Assembly: GCA_964187785.1 (NCBI GenBank)
Contig: OZ076409.1
Coordinates: 2,418,001-2,482,000 of the forward strand
Reading direction: 5' to 3'
DNA from: Amphiscolops sp. MND2022
Lineage: Eukaryota
Length of the DNA: 64,000 nucleotides
The translations under genes were made by a program, and so were the position numbers. Positions 38,423 through 51,500 of the stretch are shown here, in pieces; within the stretch, counting starts at the first letter, position 1, and the number at the start of each line of letters is the position of its first letter. The notes beneath the pieces are model-generated. The model was not told the DNA's origin, searched no databases, and worked only from the letters and a program-made list of their open reading frames with translations.

Positions 38423-39081
38423 GCGAGCGAGATTAATGTCTAAATGCAAAACGGGAATAACGTCTAAAGCCAAGTCATGCTCATTCCCTATCTTAATACA
38501 GTCAACTCCGGTTATTTCGGATCTTCGTCCAATTTGTACGTTTCTGAGACCCCCACCTCGTAAAGACAATCAAAGTAATGCCATCCGGTTACTTCGTATT
38601 TCCCATTATTCGTACTATTATTTCATTCGGTCGGCGGATTCCACTGTACATCGAATTTTAGACGTTATTCCGGAAATACTTTCAGACGACGTTATTCGCG
38701 CGTATATCTAAAACTATTCATTCAATCATTTGTTAATCCCGCCATTGATGCCATCATTGAAGAGGGAAGACTGTCTTAAAACAAATAATGCTCTGACTTT
38801 TTAAAAGTAGTTGAGGCATCTGCTTGGGAAGGTACCCTTTCGTGAAAAGAAGTCATTATAAATCAGTAAGCATAAAATTCGGAAATTTTTTCGGAGTACG
38901 TTCTTCTCTTTTGGAGGTACCTTTTCTAGACGGGATCATAGGCAGATGTCTCCCACGTACACGACTAACTTTCATTATTATTCCCATAATATTTTTCAAT
39001 GACTCATTTGACTGTACCGCCTTTTATTGTATTTTTATCCTAATTCACTTTTTTAATTCAATCATTCCAATCGGGGCGTGC

Positions 39082-39351
39082 CTTCATGGTGAACTCTCGC
39101 GATCTGAGCAAGCCATTTTTGGGTCTGGGCTCGTCTCTGAATTTGGGGCCTATCTGGTAGAGGGCAACGGGTAGTTGAGCAGAGGTCAAATTGCATTGGG
39201 CAACTAGGGAAGTGATGAGTTCCTCGAAAGTGGGCGAGAGACAGAATTCGCTTTTGCTTCTATCTTGTACAACCAGCAGCTCCGAAGCCATCAACTCATC
39301 TCGGCCGCTCTGCTTCCACAGACTCCGCGGACACAGAACTGGAAGAGACAT
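39082..39351 (-). CDS. PARS2: PARS2 coding exon (motif 2), ends at a GC donor
   Basis: GATAG| acceptor; MSLPVLCPRSLWKQSGR...FCLSPTFEELIT...QLPVALYQIGPKFRDEPRPKNGLLRSREFTMK|; donor AAG|GCACGC. Confidence 0.95.
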
Positions 39352-39579
39352 CTATCTAAGCATCGAAAAACGAACGCCGTTTTGCCGATTGCTTTAGACA
39401 AATCATGGAAACATCAATTGAACATTATCAATCTAACATTCGAGTATCTAAGACTCTAGAACTACGTTTTCCTCCAAGTACCGGAGACAGTATGTCGCAC
39501 TGGATCCGAACTTTCTTCAAAACCAGAAAATTATTCTGTTAAATTATTTTTATTCAGCCAAGAGTATGCAGACCTTACT

Positions 39580-39884
39580 TTTTTTTAGTCGGCGCTTTAT
39601 TGAAAATGAAAAGCGCGACTACTATAGTGACTTTTCGTCAGTTTTATGAATTTATTTCAAATCCACACGAACGGACCAAAATAGTTCTACAAAATCTTAA
39701 AATCCATTAAATTGGCCCAGCACGCTATATCCGAACTTTTAACGTTATATCCGAAGTAAAGTTAAACTTGAAGTTTAGGCCCGAAAGCGTCCCCCTTAGG
39801 GTTTTTTGGGTACTGTGGAAGAGAAGTACTTTTGCTATTGTTGAATCTTAAGCGGGGCGCCGACTGACGCCGTTCCCGGGTTGT
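39580..39884 (+). mobile_element. Helentron-type family A copy (short)
   Basis: TTTTAGTCGGCGC.. start; GCGCCGACT-GACGCCGTTCCCGGTTGT end. Confidence 0.6.
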
Positions 39885-40699
39885 ACCTAATGTTAGCTTC
39901 AATTCAAGCTCCGATATCAATTTCTGTGAGAACGAGAAAGTCCGAATATCTTCCAAATTTTGGAAATCTCAAAATCGGTCAGGTCCGGCTCATTAGGGCA
40001 TGATGACAATCCAGCAACTGCAAAATCCAAAAACTTCATCATATCCACAAGTTTTCCCGGATGAAGATATCCGCAACTAAGCCTTTCAATTTCATGCAGA
40101 TTTCTCAGAACAGTCCAAATTTTAAATGAAAATTTATAGTGATAAATACCATTCAAATGAAACATTTATTTTAAAAATACTACAGCTTAAGCAGAAAAAT
40201 TATCAAGAGAATTAAACTGTGCTTATGTATATATTATGCTCGTTAAAAACTTCCAAAAAGCATTCTTCCATTGATTGTGATTTTCATCTGTTTGGTTAAA
40301 CATCTGGGAACTTTTGACAACTCTAACGGCGTAGAACATACCGGATCAAGTTTCTTTTGGCATTTTGAATGAAACGAAGCCAACAATTTTTATTCGTGGA
40401 ACAAGTAAAAAATTGTAGAAAACGTCTACATTAGCTACATTACTACTTTTCGGCCATTGAATATAATGAGCAATTTTATACATGTCATTCGATGTGTGAC
40501 ATACGATTAGGTGCACGCCGAACGGGAACGTATTTTAAGCGATGTCGACATAAGGGTATTTGAATCCTATTTCGTACCTCTCACTGCTCCAGGGGGAGGG
40601 TATCTTTTTCTTCTCAAACATATAATTTCATATTTCGACTTAATACTGTTAGCCAAAAAATTGATGTCACATTCATTGATTGGCGTGGTTCACAATACA

Positions 40700-41073
40700 T
40701 TTTTAGTCTGCGCCTTTTCCCTTGAGGAAAAAAGCCCGACTATTACAGTGAGTAGTTTTTTTAGCTGACAATATCACTCTGAATGGTCCACTTTTCTATA
40801 TTTGTTCATTTGTTCAACTTTGACTAATTTTCTGAGCAGCATTAGAGCGTGGGTTCGATTCTCGCACTAAACCACAAATTTTTTATGCTTCCAAAAGTAT
40901 AGGCGAGACCAAAGCCCCCCCGGCACTATGCGACTTTTTTCGAAACCTTTCGAATTCTATCAAGTACCCACCCACTTGCATTTTTTAAAGTTTTCGGTTT
41001 GTAAAAAACGTTTAATGAGCCTAAATGGCCTCTTCTTAGATATGGCGCCGACTTGGGCCGTTCCCGGCTTGTT
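40700..41073 (+). mobile_element. Helentron-type family A copy related to 8630-9139
   Basis: Same termini and GTGGGTTCGATTCTCGCACTA segment. Confidence 0.65.
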
Positions 41074-41474
41074 CCTTCTTTCTCTCAAAACAATATGTGC
41101 TGTACTTATAAAAGTAACAAGATGGGAACGTCTCAAGTAAGCGCTACACTTGCGGCTCAAAAAGGGCAAAGTTTTAAAACTATGCTCAGGACTTTTTCAA
41201 GAAAAACTCACATAATAGTGTCGAAACACTCAAAGCATGCATTTTGTGCGCGGAAAACTGACTGAAAGTTTGAATACGTAGTGTGCTGGGGCAACCTGCG
41301 AGCGCTTTTTCCGAACCACGGCCTTCAATTTCAACATTAGGTCCATTCAATTTCGACACATGGCAAATCGAAAATCACTTTCAACAAGCAGGAAATTCAA
41401 ATTCAACACACGTGTTTTGCCGTTTCAATTTCAACACTGGCGTTTCTATTTCAACAATGGAAAGAGCATCTTAA

Positions 41475-41990
41475 CCCTAATTAACCAAATGGTACTTTAA
41501 AGCAGTCTACTATTTTTTTTCAAATTCTGATTCCTTTTCCCAGCTGCCTATATTCTCCAGAAGTTTTGTTTCAATCGTTCATTGGTACCTAGATTGATTT
41601 GAATGGCACAAGCAATTGAAAAAGTGAACGTCTCTAAACGTGAGAAAAATGGGTTTTGGTACAAAAAAATGGTTACACTTTTCCAAAATTCAGTTTTTGG
41701 CGAAATCAAGTTTTCTTATTTCTTTGACTAATAGAAAAAAAGGAACCCCATACCCTTCCATAACAAATCCTTGTGCAACAAACTCCAATAAGATCCTCTT
41801 ATTGCTACAAGCCCCCGCACAGCGATACCGGATAAACAAACTAAATATCTGAAGAATGGGGTGCGCCGCGACAGGGGCTCACCTGGCCAAAATGAAAGCC
41901 CAATACCAGACCTCTCAAAGGCGCTATAGTTCGTTTCTCTGGTACGCGTATCTGTGGAGATATTAATGATTTAAACTTTTATTCAGACTT
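41475..41990. mobile_element. Truncated piggyBac-like MITE
   Basis: TTAA-CCCTAATTAACC end; reverse-complement similarity to 15860-16350. Confidence 0.6.
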
Positions 41991-42346
41991 TATAACAGCA
42001 CTTAATTTTTTGGCACTGTAAATTGGTCAAAACTTTCACAATAGCATCCCTTTGCATAGTTATAATACATTATTCAGTGGTGCGGCGAGGCGCAGAAAGG
42101 AGCAACAAGCAACCAGAAGAAACTCTCCACTCGTCATTACCAGGTTGTTTCGTTCCTTTTTGTTTTCTGTGCTCTGTTTTGAGCTTTTAGTGCTCCTTCT
42201 TGGAGCTTTTAGTGCTCTTTTTTGGAGCTTTTAGTGCTCTTTTTTTGAGCTTGTAATGCTCTTTTTGGGTCCTCGATTTTGAAAGATTTTAGCCCTTTTG
42301 AGACTCAAATGATCCATCGATACTGCTCCGTCCGTTTTGTTTCAGG

Positions 42347-42886
42347 ATGTCACGCTTTGAACCCAGACAGCTGAGCCAACGAACAACAAATCTTGTGATT
42401 GGCAAATTCAGAACGAAATACATTAGGTCAAAAGACATCGATGCAGCAGTTCACTCTTGTCGCGGTGTCTCCCTGCTCCAGCTCTGTAATCTGATCACAC
42501 AATACCCGCAGCGCAAAATAAATACCCTTATCATTGTCGCTGGTTTTAATAATCACCGTGAAGCAGCTACTACATTTACAGACAATTGGAAGTTTCTGAT
42601 TCAGCTAGTGTACCTGAAGTTCCAACCCCGTCACCCCAATATCTCCAAAACCATCGCAACTTCTAACAACCAGTCAGTCAATAGAAAAATCGACCAGCTG
42701 ATATTTGCCCTCTACAATCTACTACGCTTCATCAACCTGTTTATAATATCACCTCATTTTAATCGTGATTTTGATCACAAGATTTTTGCCCGAGACGGCA
42801 TTCATTTTTCTAGATTTGGAAATTTAGTTTCCTCTCAGATTTTGAAACTATATTTTAATCACTTTACATGTAATCAAATCAAATAA
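42347..42886 (+). CDS. SGNH esterase-like ORF (179 aa), putative ORF1; block I serine mutated
   Basis: NLVIGKF (GDS position), HSCRG, LIIVAGFNN (GxN), FARDGIHFSRFG (DxxH). Confidence 0.7.
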   Translation: MSRFEPRQLSQRTTNLVIGKFRTKYIRSKDIDAAVHSCRGVSLLQLCNLITQYPQRKINTLIIVAGFNNHREAATTFTDNWKFLIQLVYLKFQPRHPNISKTIATSNNQSVNRKIDQLIFALYNLLRFINLFIISPHFNRDFDHKIFARDGIHFSRFGNLVSSQILKLYFNHFTCNQIK

Positions 42887-42912
42887 TTGACACGACAGCT
42901 CTCCCTCCACAA

Positions 42913-45754
42913 TGTTAGGCAATTAAACACATTGCAGCATTTGCCAGACCCATTTACGTAGTCCCGGCGTATGGTGTGCGATATGTGGATACGTGCACAC
43001 GATATGCAGCGGTCTCTCCGCTGCAAAAGACTAGTCCAAAGATTTTATCTGTGTACGCTACCATGGACCACAGCCAAGCGAAGCCGCCAACTCACCAGCC
43101 ATCGAACCACTGATTAACAGTTCAACAAGTCACGTGAGCACCGCCATACACCAGAAACAACCCATAACTGACGAAATGAACGAAGAACTATCAGCGGATG
43201 GTTTGTGGGCAAAAGTCACACGCTGAAAAGCAATTCAACTTGAAGAATTTTCATTGGAAACCTTCATTCATCACGCTGCCTGAAAACAAAACTGGTCACA
43301 AGTTCGTCGAGAAAATGGACCGCGTACTATCTGCAATATCAGAGAAACGAAGCATTGAGAACATAGCTTTATATGCAGCATTGTCAATGCTTCATTTAGT
43401 ATTATCAAGGAATACCTGTGAGCCAGATGCGTCGAGGAACAAGACGACGACCAGAAGACTGAGAATGTGGCTAAATGGCGAAATCGAAAAACGTTTCAAG
43501 GAAGCACAGGCATTGCAGAAACGAACAACGAAATGAAAATCCAACAGAGCAAGAGATATGTTCCGAGATTTCGATCCACACATGTCCGCCGCGAAAATCT
43601 CAGATGCCCTACGGAGTGTTAACGAATGTCAAAAAGGCGGGTAGTTCTATCCCTTTCACAAAAAATTGACAACAAGTTGGTTCTCGATAATTTGAAGGAG
43701 AAACACACCCAGCCAAAAGTTGCGACGACACTTCGTAGTTGCAAGTTCCGAAAACATTCCGCCTTACCATCCCGTAATCTTCGACAGAATACAAGCAGGT
43801 GTATGAAGAAAGTGATAGTGAAGCACTAAGGCAATACAATGCCTGCCGCTTGATACCCCTTGACAAGAACCCAGAAGTACGACAAATTGGGGATGGGGAA
43901 GTTCTCAGACGAATCATAGGAAGAAGCATACTGCGCTGTATAGAGAACGACCTGAAGCTCTTAGGTAAAAACAAACAACTTTGTCTCGGTTAGAAATGCG
44001 AAATCGAATATGCTATACATAGCCTCAGGCACCAGCTCGAGACCCCTGAAGTTCCAGGGACTTTGGTCATCGATGCAAAGAACGCTTTTAATAGCTTGAA
44101 CAGGGATCTCGCGCTCCGGCACATCGAAAATCTATGTCCTTCAATTATAACAGCTATCAAGAATTCGTACAAAACACCGACAAATGTTTTTGTCAACGGC
44201 AAAACCTTGCAATCGCAAGAGGGAACAACTCAATGAGATCCTCTAGCCATGGCGATGTGCGGAATTGCTATCTTACAGTTGCTTGACCTGATCCAAAAAG
44301 CAAACATCACTCACAAGTGGTACGCTGACCATGGTAATGTAACAGGCAGTCTCAAAGACCTAAAAACGGTTCACGAACAATTGAAAAAACACGGACTTGC
44401 TTTCGGCTACACAATGACGAAATGTAACATCATTGCAAAAAACCGATAATTTGAAACAAGTTCAGAATCTATTTATCAAAGAAGAGTTAGAAATTGTTGA
44501 TGGACATCGTGTCCTCGGGTCGGTAATAGGATCAGAATCTGCTTGTGACAAATTCAGAAACTATAAACAAAGTGAATACAATCAGATCGTAGAGAAATTG
44601 TCGAAACACGCAAAAAGTTCTACCCAAAATGTATTTCACTGCTTTACCAAAGGTCTCCCAAACAAAGTCTTTTCTCTCGCGCACGACTCCTAATTTTATT
44701 GAAAATCTCCAAGAAATGGAAAGAAAGATCAAGGAGAACCTGATCCCAGCAATAACCGGCAAAAGTGACATCACGGACGAGGAACGTTCTCTTTTCTCCC
44801 TGCCTGTGAGGAATGGTGAACTTAACATAGTACATCCTGAAGAATTGAACTGGTCGAGACAAATGGCAGCATGTTCAGACTATGACGATGACGCGGAAGC
44901 TCAACATTCTTCAATTGTGAAACAAGATAAAGTCCGCAAAAATCAAAGAAAAGATATCAATCTTGGAGGAAAAACTAGATGAAAATCAACGCTAAGCACT
45001 AGATCTGTCAATTGAAAAAGGTGCTTCTAGCTGGTTGAACACGCTGCAACTCAAACGATATCACTTTGATTTAACGAAAACAGGATTCCGCGACGGTTTG
45101 GCTCTGCGCTATGGGTGGAAACCACTGAAAACACCGGCAATGTGTCCCTGTGGAGAGTTTTTCAGTCTCTCGCATTCCCTTCAATGCAACAAAGGAGAAT
45201 ACACCCAAATGCGACACAACAAAGCATCGCGACACGTCCGCCTCCGTTATGAAAGAAGTCTGCTATGATGTTGAAATCCTTCGTCCACAAAACAGCGACA
45301 ACTGAAGATGAGGCGAGATTAGACACTAGAGCAAACGGACTTTAGGGTTCTCGTTTCTGTAGAAATTGTTTCGACGTCAAAATCTTCAGCTCGCTCGCAA
45401 GAACATGTCCCAAAAATGTCAGCGAGGCATACAAATTTCACAAATCTCAAAAGAAACTCAAATACGAGTCCAGAATCAAAAATGTGGAAAAAAGCACCTT
45501 TCACCCCCTAGTCTTTGCATGTACAGGTGGCGCTGGACCATCAGCCACAAAAGTGATTACCCGACTAGCTGCAAAAATCAACGAAAAGCACAGAAAGCTA
45601 CGCCGACGCGATAAGCTACATTAGAACTAAGATAAGTTTTGCTCTTCTACGTAGTTCCGTCATCGGTCTCAGAGGGTGCAGAGCGACACGCCGCCAACCA
45701 GCAATCGTAGAGTCATCTATCAGTGCTACAGTTCACGAGGGAGGGCTGTCATAA
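42913..45754 (+). pseudogene. ORF2 relic: PHD-like finger, reverse transcriptase, CCHC knuckle, PD-(D/E)xK endonuclease
   Basis: CSIC....GVWCAICGYVHTICSGL; CRLIPLDKNPEVRQIGDGEVLRRIIG; IDAKNAFNSLNR; SQEGTTQ*DPLAM; WYADH (YADD); GASSWL..FRDGLALRYG..CPCG..HSLQC..RHN; ARLDTRA..FDVKI; many stops and frameshifts. Confidence 0.88.
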
Positions 45755-46652
45755 CTTTGACAATCCCTCGGGTGCTTCCCACAAAACCAAGTAATAATTT
45801 CTGACGAACAATAAAATTTGAGATACATTGACCTAATTTGTAAATTACCCTCCACTTACCGATGTTTTCCAAATTTATTTTATAGGACCGTTATTGACAC
45901 AGTAAGGAGGCTCTGCAGCTTGCAGCGTACTGACACCCAAACTCTTTTCACTGACACGCCCTCCATGTAATAAGGGCAAAAAAGTCTTTTACTACACCAA
46001 ACCCCGGTTTCAGTACGCGCGGTCCTGATTGTTTTGTCAAGAAGATAGTAAAAAAAGAATTTTTCCATTTGAACAAAACCGACGAATTTCGATAGCTCTA
46101 ACCTGTTATGCTTAAATTCAAGAAATGGTTGGTGAAAATTCCGAAACGTTCCTCTTACGTCTCATTTTTAATGGGGCAAGCTGTTGGGGTTGCTTGCGCT
46201 CAGTGGTTCCCCTCAACATACATTTTTCGGAAAACTGAAAATTAATTGAATTCAATAAACACACAAGGAAACCACCAAAAAGCTCTGTACACTTGAAATT
46301 GGAATCAAATTTCAGAGATTGATCTGAGCGTAAAATTTTCAAGCTACATGTTTTTCTATTCATTTGTTCAGTTCCATTTCCGATTATCAGCCTGGGCTTG
46401 AAAAAAGGTCAAACCGTTTTTATAATGCAATATCTCGAGAACCGCTGCTTTCAACAAGAAGTGTTTGGGACAAACTTTATAACTGATTCAGATCTCTAAC
46501 TTTTGAATTTAACTCTTTCTGAAAACACTCTAAATTTTCATCGAAAAATTATCACAAATTTCTAAATCGTCAATTTTTACTCCGTAAAAATATTGTTTCG
46601 ACGAAATTACCAATGTTTTCGGCTGTTCAAGAATTTTCAGAATAATTGTTAA

Positions 46653-47190
46653 CACAGAGGCGAAGCCGTGCTTCGCAAACACTTGCGAGCTTTTGAAGAA
46701 AACCAAATAAGCAATATCATAAGGAGAACCAAAGGTAAAAGGACATTAAAATTTCATCAATTTTACAATATGCAGCGCCAAAAAATACCCGAAAGGATAC
46801 GCATAAGTCTCGAAAACCATTCTCCCCCAACTGAAAACAGCAAAAAAACCATCTTTCTCAACGAAAAACCTTTAAAAAACAGAAAATTGAGGAAAAAAAA
46901 TTCGAAATTTTTCGAAAATATTTTTGATGGTCTCCGGTAAGTCGCATAGTGCCGAAAACCTTGAGGAGTCCTTAACTCTCGCAAAACCTTTTGTTTCTGG
47001 CAAAAATTGAGGAGGGGCTTCGGTGAAACAATTTTTGAAAAAAGTCGCATAGAAAAAAAAGGATATAGCGTGCCGGACCTGATAAAAACCTAATTTTAAC
47101 ACGAAAATTATTCCTTTTGAAAAATGTCACAATGCCGGAAACTGTGAAAGAGGGGACCCGCAGGTCCGCAAATCAAGGCATAGCAAGTAA
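46653..47190 (-). mobile_element. Helentron-type family B copy
   Basis: Same terminal hairpin and body as 11161-11577. Confidence 0.6.
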
Positions 47191-47415
47191 TTTGTAACTT
47201 TTGCACCTGATCAAATATGAGGTGCGAAAATGTGAACCTAATTAGAAATGAGATGAGTGTGTTCAACGAAAGTGGGCTGAATTTTCTGGTGTTGAATTTT
47301 CTTGGGTTTAGTTTCCCGTACCCCGTGAAAATGAGTTGCCTTTTCACCAATGGCACCGTTAGTGTTAAAGACGACGAGTGGTTTATTCGATGAGAAACGT
47401 GATGACGCAACGTAC

Positions 47416-47610
47416 CTTCTGGACTGCTGGCAACCTCTTCATGTGCTTGTCCACAATGCGACACAGCTTTTCCAGAGATCTGGTCAGTTCCGGAGAGTGG
47501 GCGAACAGCCCGGCAGCCCCCGCGTGCTGGATCAGTCCGTTCATGGCCATGTACTTGTGACTGAAGCAAGATATCTGGGCCAGCGAGTCTTTGTACTGCA
47601 GTCGAGAGGC
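47416..47610 (-). CDS. PARS2: PARS2 coding exon (motif 1)
   Basis: GAACAG| acceptor (in-frame stop just upstream), AAG|GTACGT donor; ASRLQYKDSLAQISCFSHKYMAMNGLIQHAGAAGLFAHSPELTRSLEKLCRIVDKHMKRLPAVQK; not listed in this frame in the ORF track. Confidence 0.92.
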
Positions 47611-47722
47611 CTGTTCAGTTCAGCCACCAAGTCAGGGATGGGAGCATTTACATGTTTTGCTACCATTTCAACCCAAGCTTCACTTTATTTGGGATAGAGG
47701 AGAGTGAAGCTCTAGGCCACGC

Positions 47723-48145
47723 TTTTTTAGTCGGAGCTTCATGAAGTGAAACGCGACTATGATAGAGACGTTTTTCAATCCACACAAACTGCCCAAAATA
47801 GTTAGTTCTACCAAATTGTATGGTGTCAAATTGAACCACTTGGGCTGGGGAACTGACCAAAAAGGTTGTTTTTTTCAGCGTAACATACAATACCGGACGA
47901 GACTAAAGGGTCCCCTTCCAGTTTGTTTCCGGCATTTTGAGACTTTTTCGAAAAAATTCTCCAAAGGGCTCCCTTCAATTTTTTGGTATTTTGAAAGAGA
48001 ATAGATGTTGAAAAGGCCCAAAAGACCCCCTTTCAGGTTTTTCGACATTGTGAGACTTTTTTCGAAGCTTTCTCTGACACTTTGATGCCTTTTTGCTATT
48101 TTTGAGCCTTGGATATGGCGCGACTTATGCTGTTCCCGGCTTGTT
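47723..48145 (+). mobile_element. Helentron-type family A copy
   Basis: TTTTTAGTCGGAGCTTCATGAAG start; ..GTTCCCGGCTTGTT end; related to 50007-51810 and 58100-58572. Confidence 0.65.
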
Positions 48146-48266
48146 CGCCATGTTCCAATTTTATACTCATAAGATAGATGATTGCATTAAAAAACAAAAA
48201 TGTTTTTCAAAATCAATTTCTGACAGTTCTAGGGAGTTCTGCACAATTCTTGCACGTTTCCGTGGG

Positions 48267-48703
48267 CAGGGTTGGCCATTCTATGTTTTAAATTAATTTT
48301 AAACAAAAACGTTTTTAACGTTTTAAAACATGTTTAAAATACCCTCGGACAAAGAGAGAAAAACAAGCTTGAAAGAATGATCTTATCCAATATCATTCAA
48401 ATATCGCATCACAAAAGTAAGTTTTTCAACTTTCTGAACTCCACGCCTGTTGCGAAGATCAGAGTGGATGGACTAGACATGCCATTTCGAGTGCCAATTT
48501 CAGTAGTCCTTCGAGATAGATTTTCATTTTCACTTGACATTTCATTAATTTGCTCATTTTAGACACCTACTTGTCTGTCTACAACGATTACATCTAAATA
48601 AAAAAAGTTTTGATGGGATTGTATTTTATTCAAAATAAAACAGTGTTTTAAACTGTGTTAAAACGTGTTTTAAAACACCCATGTTTTATTTTGGCCAACC
48701 CTG
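48267..48703. mobile_element. hAT-type MITE, present only in duplication copy 1
   Basis: TIR CAGGGTTGGCCA / TGGCCAACCCTG, 8-bp TSD TCCGTGGG; empty site at 56512-56519. Confidence 0.92.
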
Positions 48704-49205
48704 TCCGTGGGTATAAATATCAAGAGTACGGCGACAAAATAGGCTACGTAGCATGTTTGATTTCAGGAGGAGGACCTAATTTAACAGGGGGTTTTGTTTC
48801 TCTAACCTCTAACTCGCCTTCTCGACTTTCAACGCGGATTTCGAGGTAGCAGTCAAAATTTGACGAAACGTAAAACTTTAAAGTTGTTCTTGAGTTTAGT
48901 AATTTTGATTAAAAGCAACCAAAAATAACTTTAAGCTCTAATACTTTTTCGACTTTTCCAGAGTTCACTACAGCTGCATAAATTGCTAATAATTTGCAAA
49001 AAATGTCAACAATTAATTCCACATACGTTTTCGGGATAAAATAGTTCGATGAAAAACTCCGGAAGGGAATCATTCTTTCAAACGCATTTCAGAAAAATGT
49101 TGTTTTGGAATTTGCAATCTGTGCGTTTAGTTGACTAAAATCGCTAGTGCTTCAAGACAAACACGAACGCGACAAAACGAATAGGGCGGCCCAAACGAAA
49201 CTAAA

Positions 49206-49277
49206 GACAGTTGGCCTAGTGGGTGCAGCATTGGCTTCCGAAGCATGAGGACAAGGTTCGAATCTGGCTAGTGTCCA
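49206..49277 (+). other. tRNA-like (pseudo-tRNA) segment inside a Helentron-type repeat; copy at 57308-57379
   Basis: A-box TGGCCTAGTGG and B-box GGTTCGAATC, poor stems; immediately followed by the GCGCCGACT..TTGTT element terminus. Confidence 0.55.
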
Positions 49278-50312
49278 ATTCTTTGCGCCGACTGAGCTGT
49301 TCTCGGGTTGTTAAGAAAGCATCTAAATCTTGATGAAAAGTCTTGTAGTAACAAAGCTTAGTACATGTGAACGAAGCTCTCGGTGAACTATTAATTAGGA
49401 AACACTCGTACGCTTCATGCCAAAAAAGTGTCTTCCTTAGCTACAAACCGAGTTATACCAGCGGCTGAGATTTAGAAAAGTAATAAATTACAGGTGTGTG
49501 GAAAGTTTAGTCAAAATTGTCTAGTCAAAAAGCGCTTTCATTGGGCGTATTTTCTATCAAAATCTGCAATACCATATGAGATCAAATGATTCCCCTTTGG
49601 TCGTTTTTTGACATTGTGCCGTTTTTTCCGAATTTTCTTTTATGTCGCCGAAGGGTATCCCGTTTTTTTCTGATGCCCAGGCAGAAAGGTTTTGCGAACT
49701 CAAAGGCCCCCCTAAGAAGGTTTTCGGCACTGTGAGCCTTAGGTGAGACCGCCTACTTCAATTACTGCAGTAATAAGGTGGAATGTTATAAAAAAGACCG
49801 TTCTCGTCTTGTTTGTAGTATCCCAAGTTACGCAAAAAAAATATTATCAAGTGTAAATGAATGACACTCAGAAGACAAGCGTCGCATACTGAATAGTTCT
49901 AAAACATTTCCTTCACCTGAAGTTTCACTCACACTAGTTAGAGAAAATCTCATGTCGGCGCACCGCTTAAAACTCAAAAAGCTCAAATTCTCATTAAAAT
50001 GCCTTGTTTTTTAGTCGGCGCTTCATGAAGTGAAACGCGACTATTATAGTGACTCTTTTTTCCAATCCAAACGAACTGGCCAAAATAGTTCTCAAAAGTT
50101 CTACAAAATATTATGGTGTCAAATTGAACCATTTGGCCTAGCGAACTGAACCAAAAAAGTTTTTCCTGTTTTCCCGCGTAACATACCATACCGTGCGAGA
50201 CCAAAGGGTCCCCCCTTTCAATTTTTTTCGGCACTGCGAGACTTTTCGGAAATTTTTTCCCCAAAGGGTCAACCCTTCAATTTTTTGATGTTTTGCGACA
50301 GAATGGATGTTG

Positions 50313-51500
50313 AACCAGAGCCGCATATGCGGTAAAGGAGTCGGCTTAAGTCTTTTTCCTTCTGACTCGCTTTCGTTCGAATCGTATGAACAGTTTGTGA
50401 GAAAATCGAAAAATGACTGTTTTTTTGGCCATTTTTGGGCTAAATTTGGCTATGTTTCTCACATCCCAGCCATACGAATTTAATGAAATTGCACATAAAG
50501 GACCATAATATGGTGTAGAATGACTATAGAAAATTTCGTTCGAATCGTATGGACAGTTTTTGAGAAAATCGAAAAAAATTGAAAAATGACTGTTTTTTGG
50601 CCATTTTTGGGCTAATTTTGGCTATGTTTCTCACATCCCAGCCATAGGATTTTGATGCCATTGCACATATAGGACTCTAATATGGTGTAGAATAACTGTA
50701 GAAAATTTCGTTCGAATTGTATGGACAGTTTTTGAGAAAATCGTAAAAAGTCGAAAGATGGCTGTTTTTTGGCCATTTTTGGGCTAATTTTGGCTATGTT
50801 TCTCACATCCCAGCCATACGATTTTGATGCCATTGCACATATAGGACTCTAATATGGTGTTAAATAACTGTAGAAAATTTCGTTCGAATCGTATGGACAG
50901 TTTTTGAGAAAAGCGAAAAATGGCTGTTTTTTGGCCATTTTTGGGCTAATTTTGGCTATGTTTCTCACATCCCAGCCATACGATTTTGATGCCATTGCAC
51001 ATATAGGACTCTAATATGGTGTAGAATAACTGTAGAAAATTTCGTTCGAATTGTATGGACAGTTTTTGAGAAAATCGTAAAAAGTCGAAAAATGGCTGTT
51101 TTTTGGCCATTTTTGGGCTAATTTTGGCTATGTTTCTCACATCCCAGCCATACGATTTTGATGCCATTGCACATATAGGACTCTAATATGGTGTTAAATA
51201 ACTGTAGAAAATTTCGTTCGAATCGTATGGACAGTTTTTGAGAAAAGCGAAAAAAGTCGAAAAATGGCTGTTTTTTGGCCATTTTTGGGCTAATTTTGGC
51301 TATGTTTCTCACATCCCAGCCATACGATTTTGATGCCTTTGCACACGCAGGGGCCCCTTTGGGTGTAGAAGGACTGTGCAAAATTTCGTGAAAATCGTAT
51401 GGACAGTTTTTGAGAAATTTGAAATTTTCATGAAAAGGTCGGGAGAAAAAAAAACAGCACGATTGCATAAGTAGTCGAAAATTTTTTCCGACTCCTAAAA
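50313..51500 (-). mobile_element. Family C Helentron-type element containing a ~172-bp satellite (about 6 units), nested in a family A copy
   Basis: Hairpin CCGCATATGCGG and subTIR AGGAGTCGG / CCGACTCCT; units start ~50427, 50599, 50771, 50933, 51105, 51277; absent from duplication copy 2. Confidence 0.8.

Larger units (their letters stand above)
42080..45880 (+). mobile_element. Decayed non-LTR retrotransposon with restriction-like endonuclease (CRE-like); ends approximate
   Basis: 5' tandem GAGCTTTTAGTGCTC repeats, esterase ORF, RT/CCHC/REL ORF, AATAAA near 45810. Confidence 0.8.

Noticed and set aside
47108..47697. ORF-track proteins of 153 aa (-) and 115 aa (+)
   Set aside because: Shadow frames of the real PARS2 exon at 47416-47610
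49206..49277. Functional tRNA gene
   Set aside because: Acceptor, anticodon and T stems pair poorly and it sits inside a repeat terminus; kept only as tRNA-like
50400..51420. CRISPR-like regular repeats
   Set aside because: Units are contiguous with no unique spacers and the context is eukaryotic; it is a satellite
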